Source: Leucoraja erinacea (Eukaryota). Taken from it: 64,000 nt of DNA. Location of the stretch: NCBI RefSeq assembly GCF_028641065.1, contig NC_073379.1, positions 46,996,001 through 47,060,000 of the forward strand. Direction: 5' to 3'. The notes beneath the pieces are model-generated. The model saw only the letters and a list, made by a program, of their open reading frames with translations, did not search any database and was not told the DNA's origin. The number at the start of each line of letters is the position of its first letter. Position 1 is the first letter of the stretch. This document shows, piece by piece, positions 63,480-64,000 of this stretch. A program made the position numbers and the translations under genes.

Positions 63480-63740
63480 TTAGTTTTTGGTTTATTATTG
63501 TCACGTGTACCGAGGTACAATGGAACAGTGTTTTGCATGCTACCCAAACAGATCAGATATACTATAAATAAATACAATCAAGTCAAGCTCAAGTACAATA
63601 GATAAGAGTAACGTGTATGATACAGAGTTCAGGATATTGTTCTCAGCATCGTAGCACATCAGTTCCATAGACAAAGTCCAATGTCCACAATGGTGTAGAG
63701 GTGAATCGGACGGTACCCTAGTTTATGGAAAGATTGAACA
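63480..63740 (-). mobile_element. Rex1-type LINE 3' UTR/tail
   Basis: TTTATTATTGTCACGTGTACCGAGGTACA stem-loop tail. Confidence 0.7.
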
Positions 63741-64000
63741 ATACCCGAGCTTGTGGAAGGGCCTTAGCTCCTGCTGCAGTTTTTGGTGTTCTGACTCTGA
63801 ATTTTGATGATAATGCAAGCACATTAGTCTCAAGCACTTTGTAGAAATTAATTTACTCACCCAGAAATATCTCAATTACTCCAATCACTTCTCACCTTTA
63901 ATACAAAGTTTGATATAAACACAGGGATGTGCAGAGATTTGTGTACAATTTTGAATGCATCATTATCTCTCACTCCCTTGCCAAAGGCATGATATGTCTT

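Overview
Repeat-rich, AT-rich eukaryotic DNA with no confidently identifiable host protein-coding gene, so probably intergenic or part of a very large intron. The repeat set (HE1-like tRNA SINEs, HER1-like CR1 LINE tails, Rex1/Babar LINEs, Penelope pLTR pieces) points to a cartilaginous fish, probably a skate or ray (inference). Elements with readable boundaries: an internally deleted Harbinger (3814-5152); a GC-rich fold-back Tigger-like MITE (9342-10513); a Penelope GIY-YIG remnant plus many short Penelope pLTR copies carrying a minimal hammerhead-ribozyme core; a DIRS tyrosine-recombinase retrotransposon 3' half (24715-26975); a young AFC/CORE-like SINE with a Rex1-type tail; an unclassified TIR transposon with a 5-bp TSD (37083-38613); a hAT MITE; a young L1 3' end; and a near full-length Rex1/Babar LINE (56005-59007). 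Most ORFs in the track are repeat-derived or chance. All calls come from reading by eye; boundaries without a TSD are approximate.
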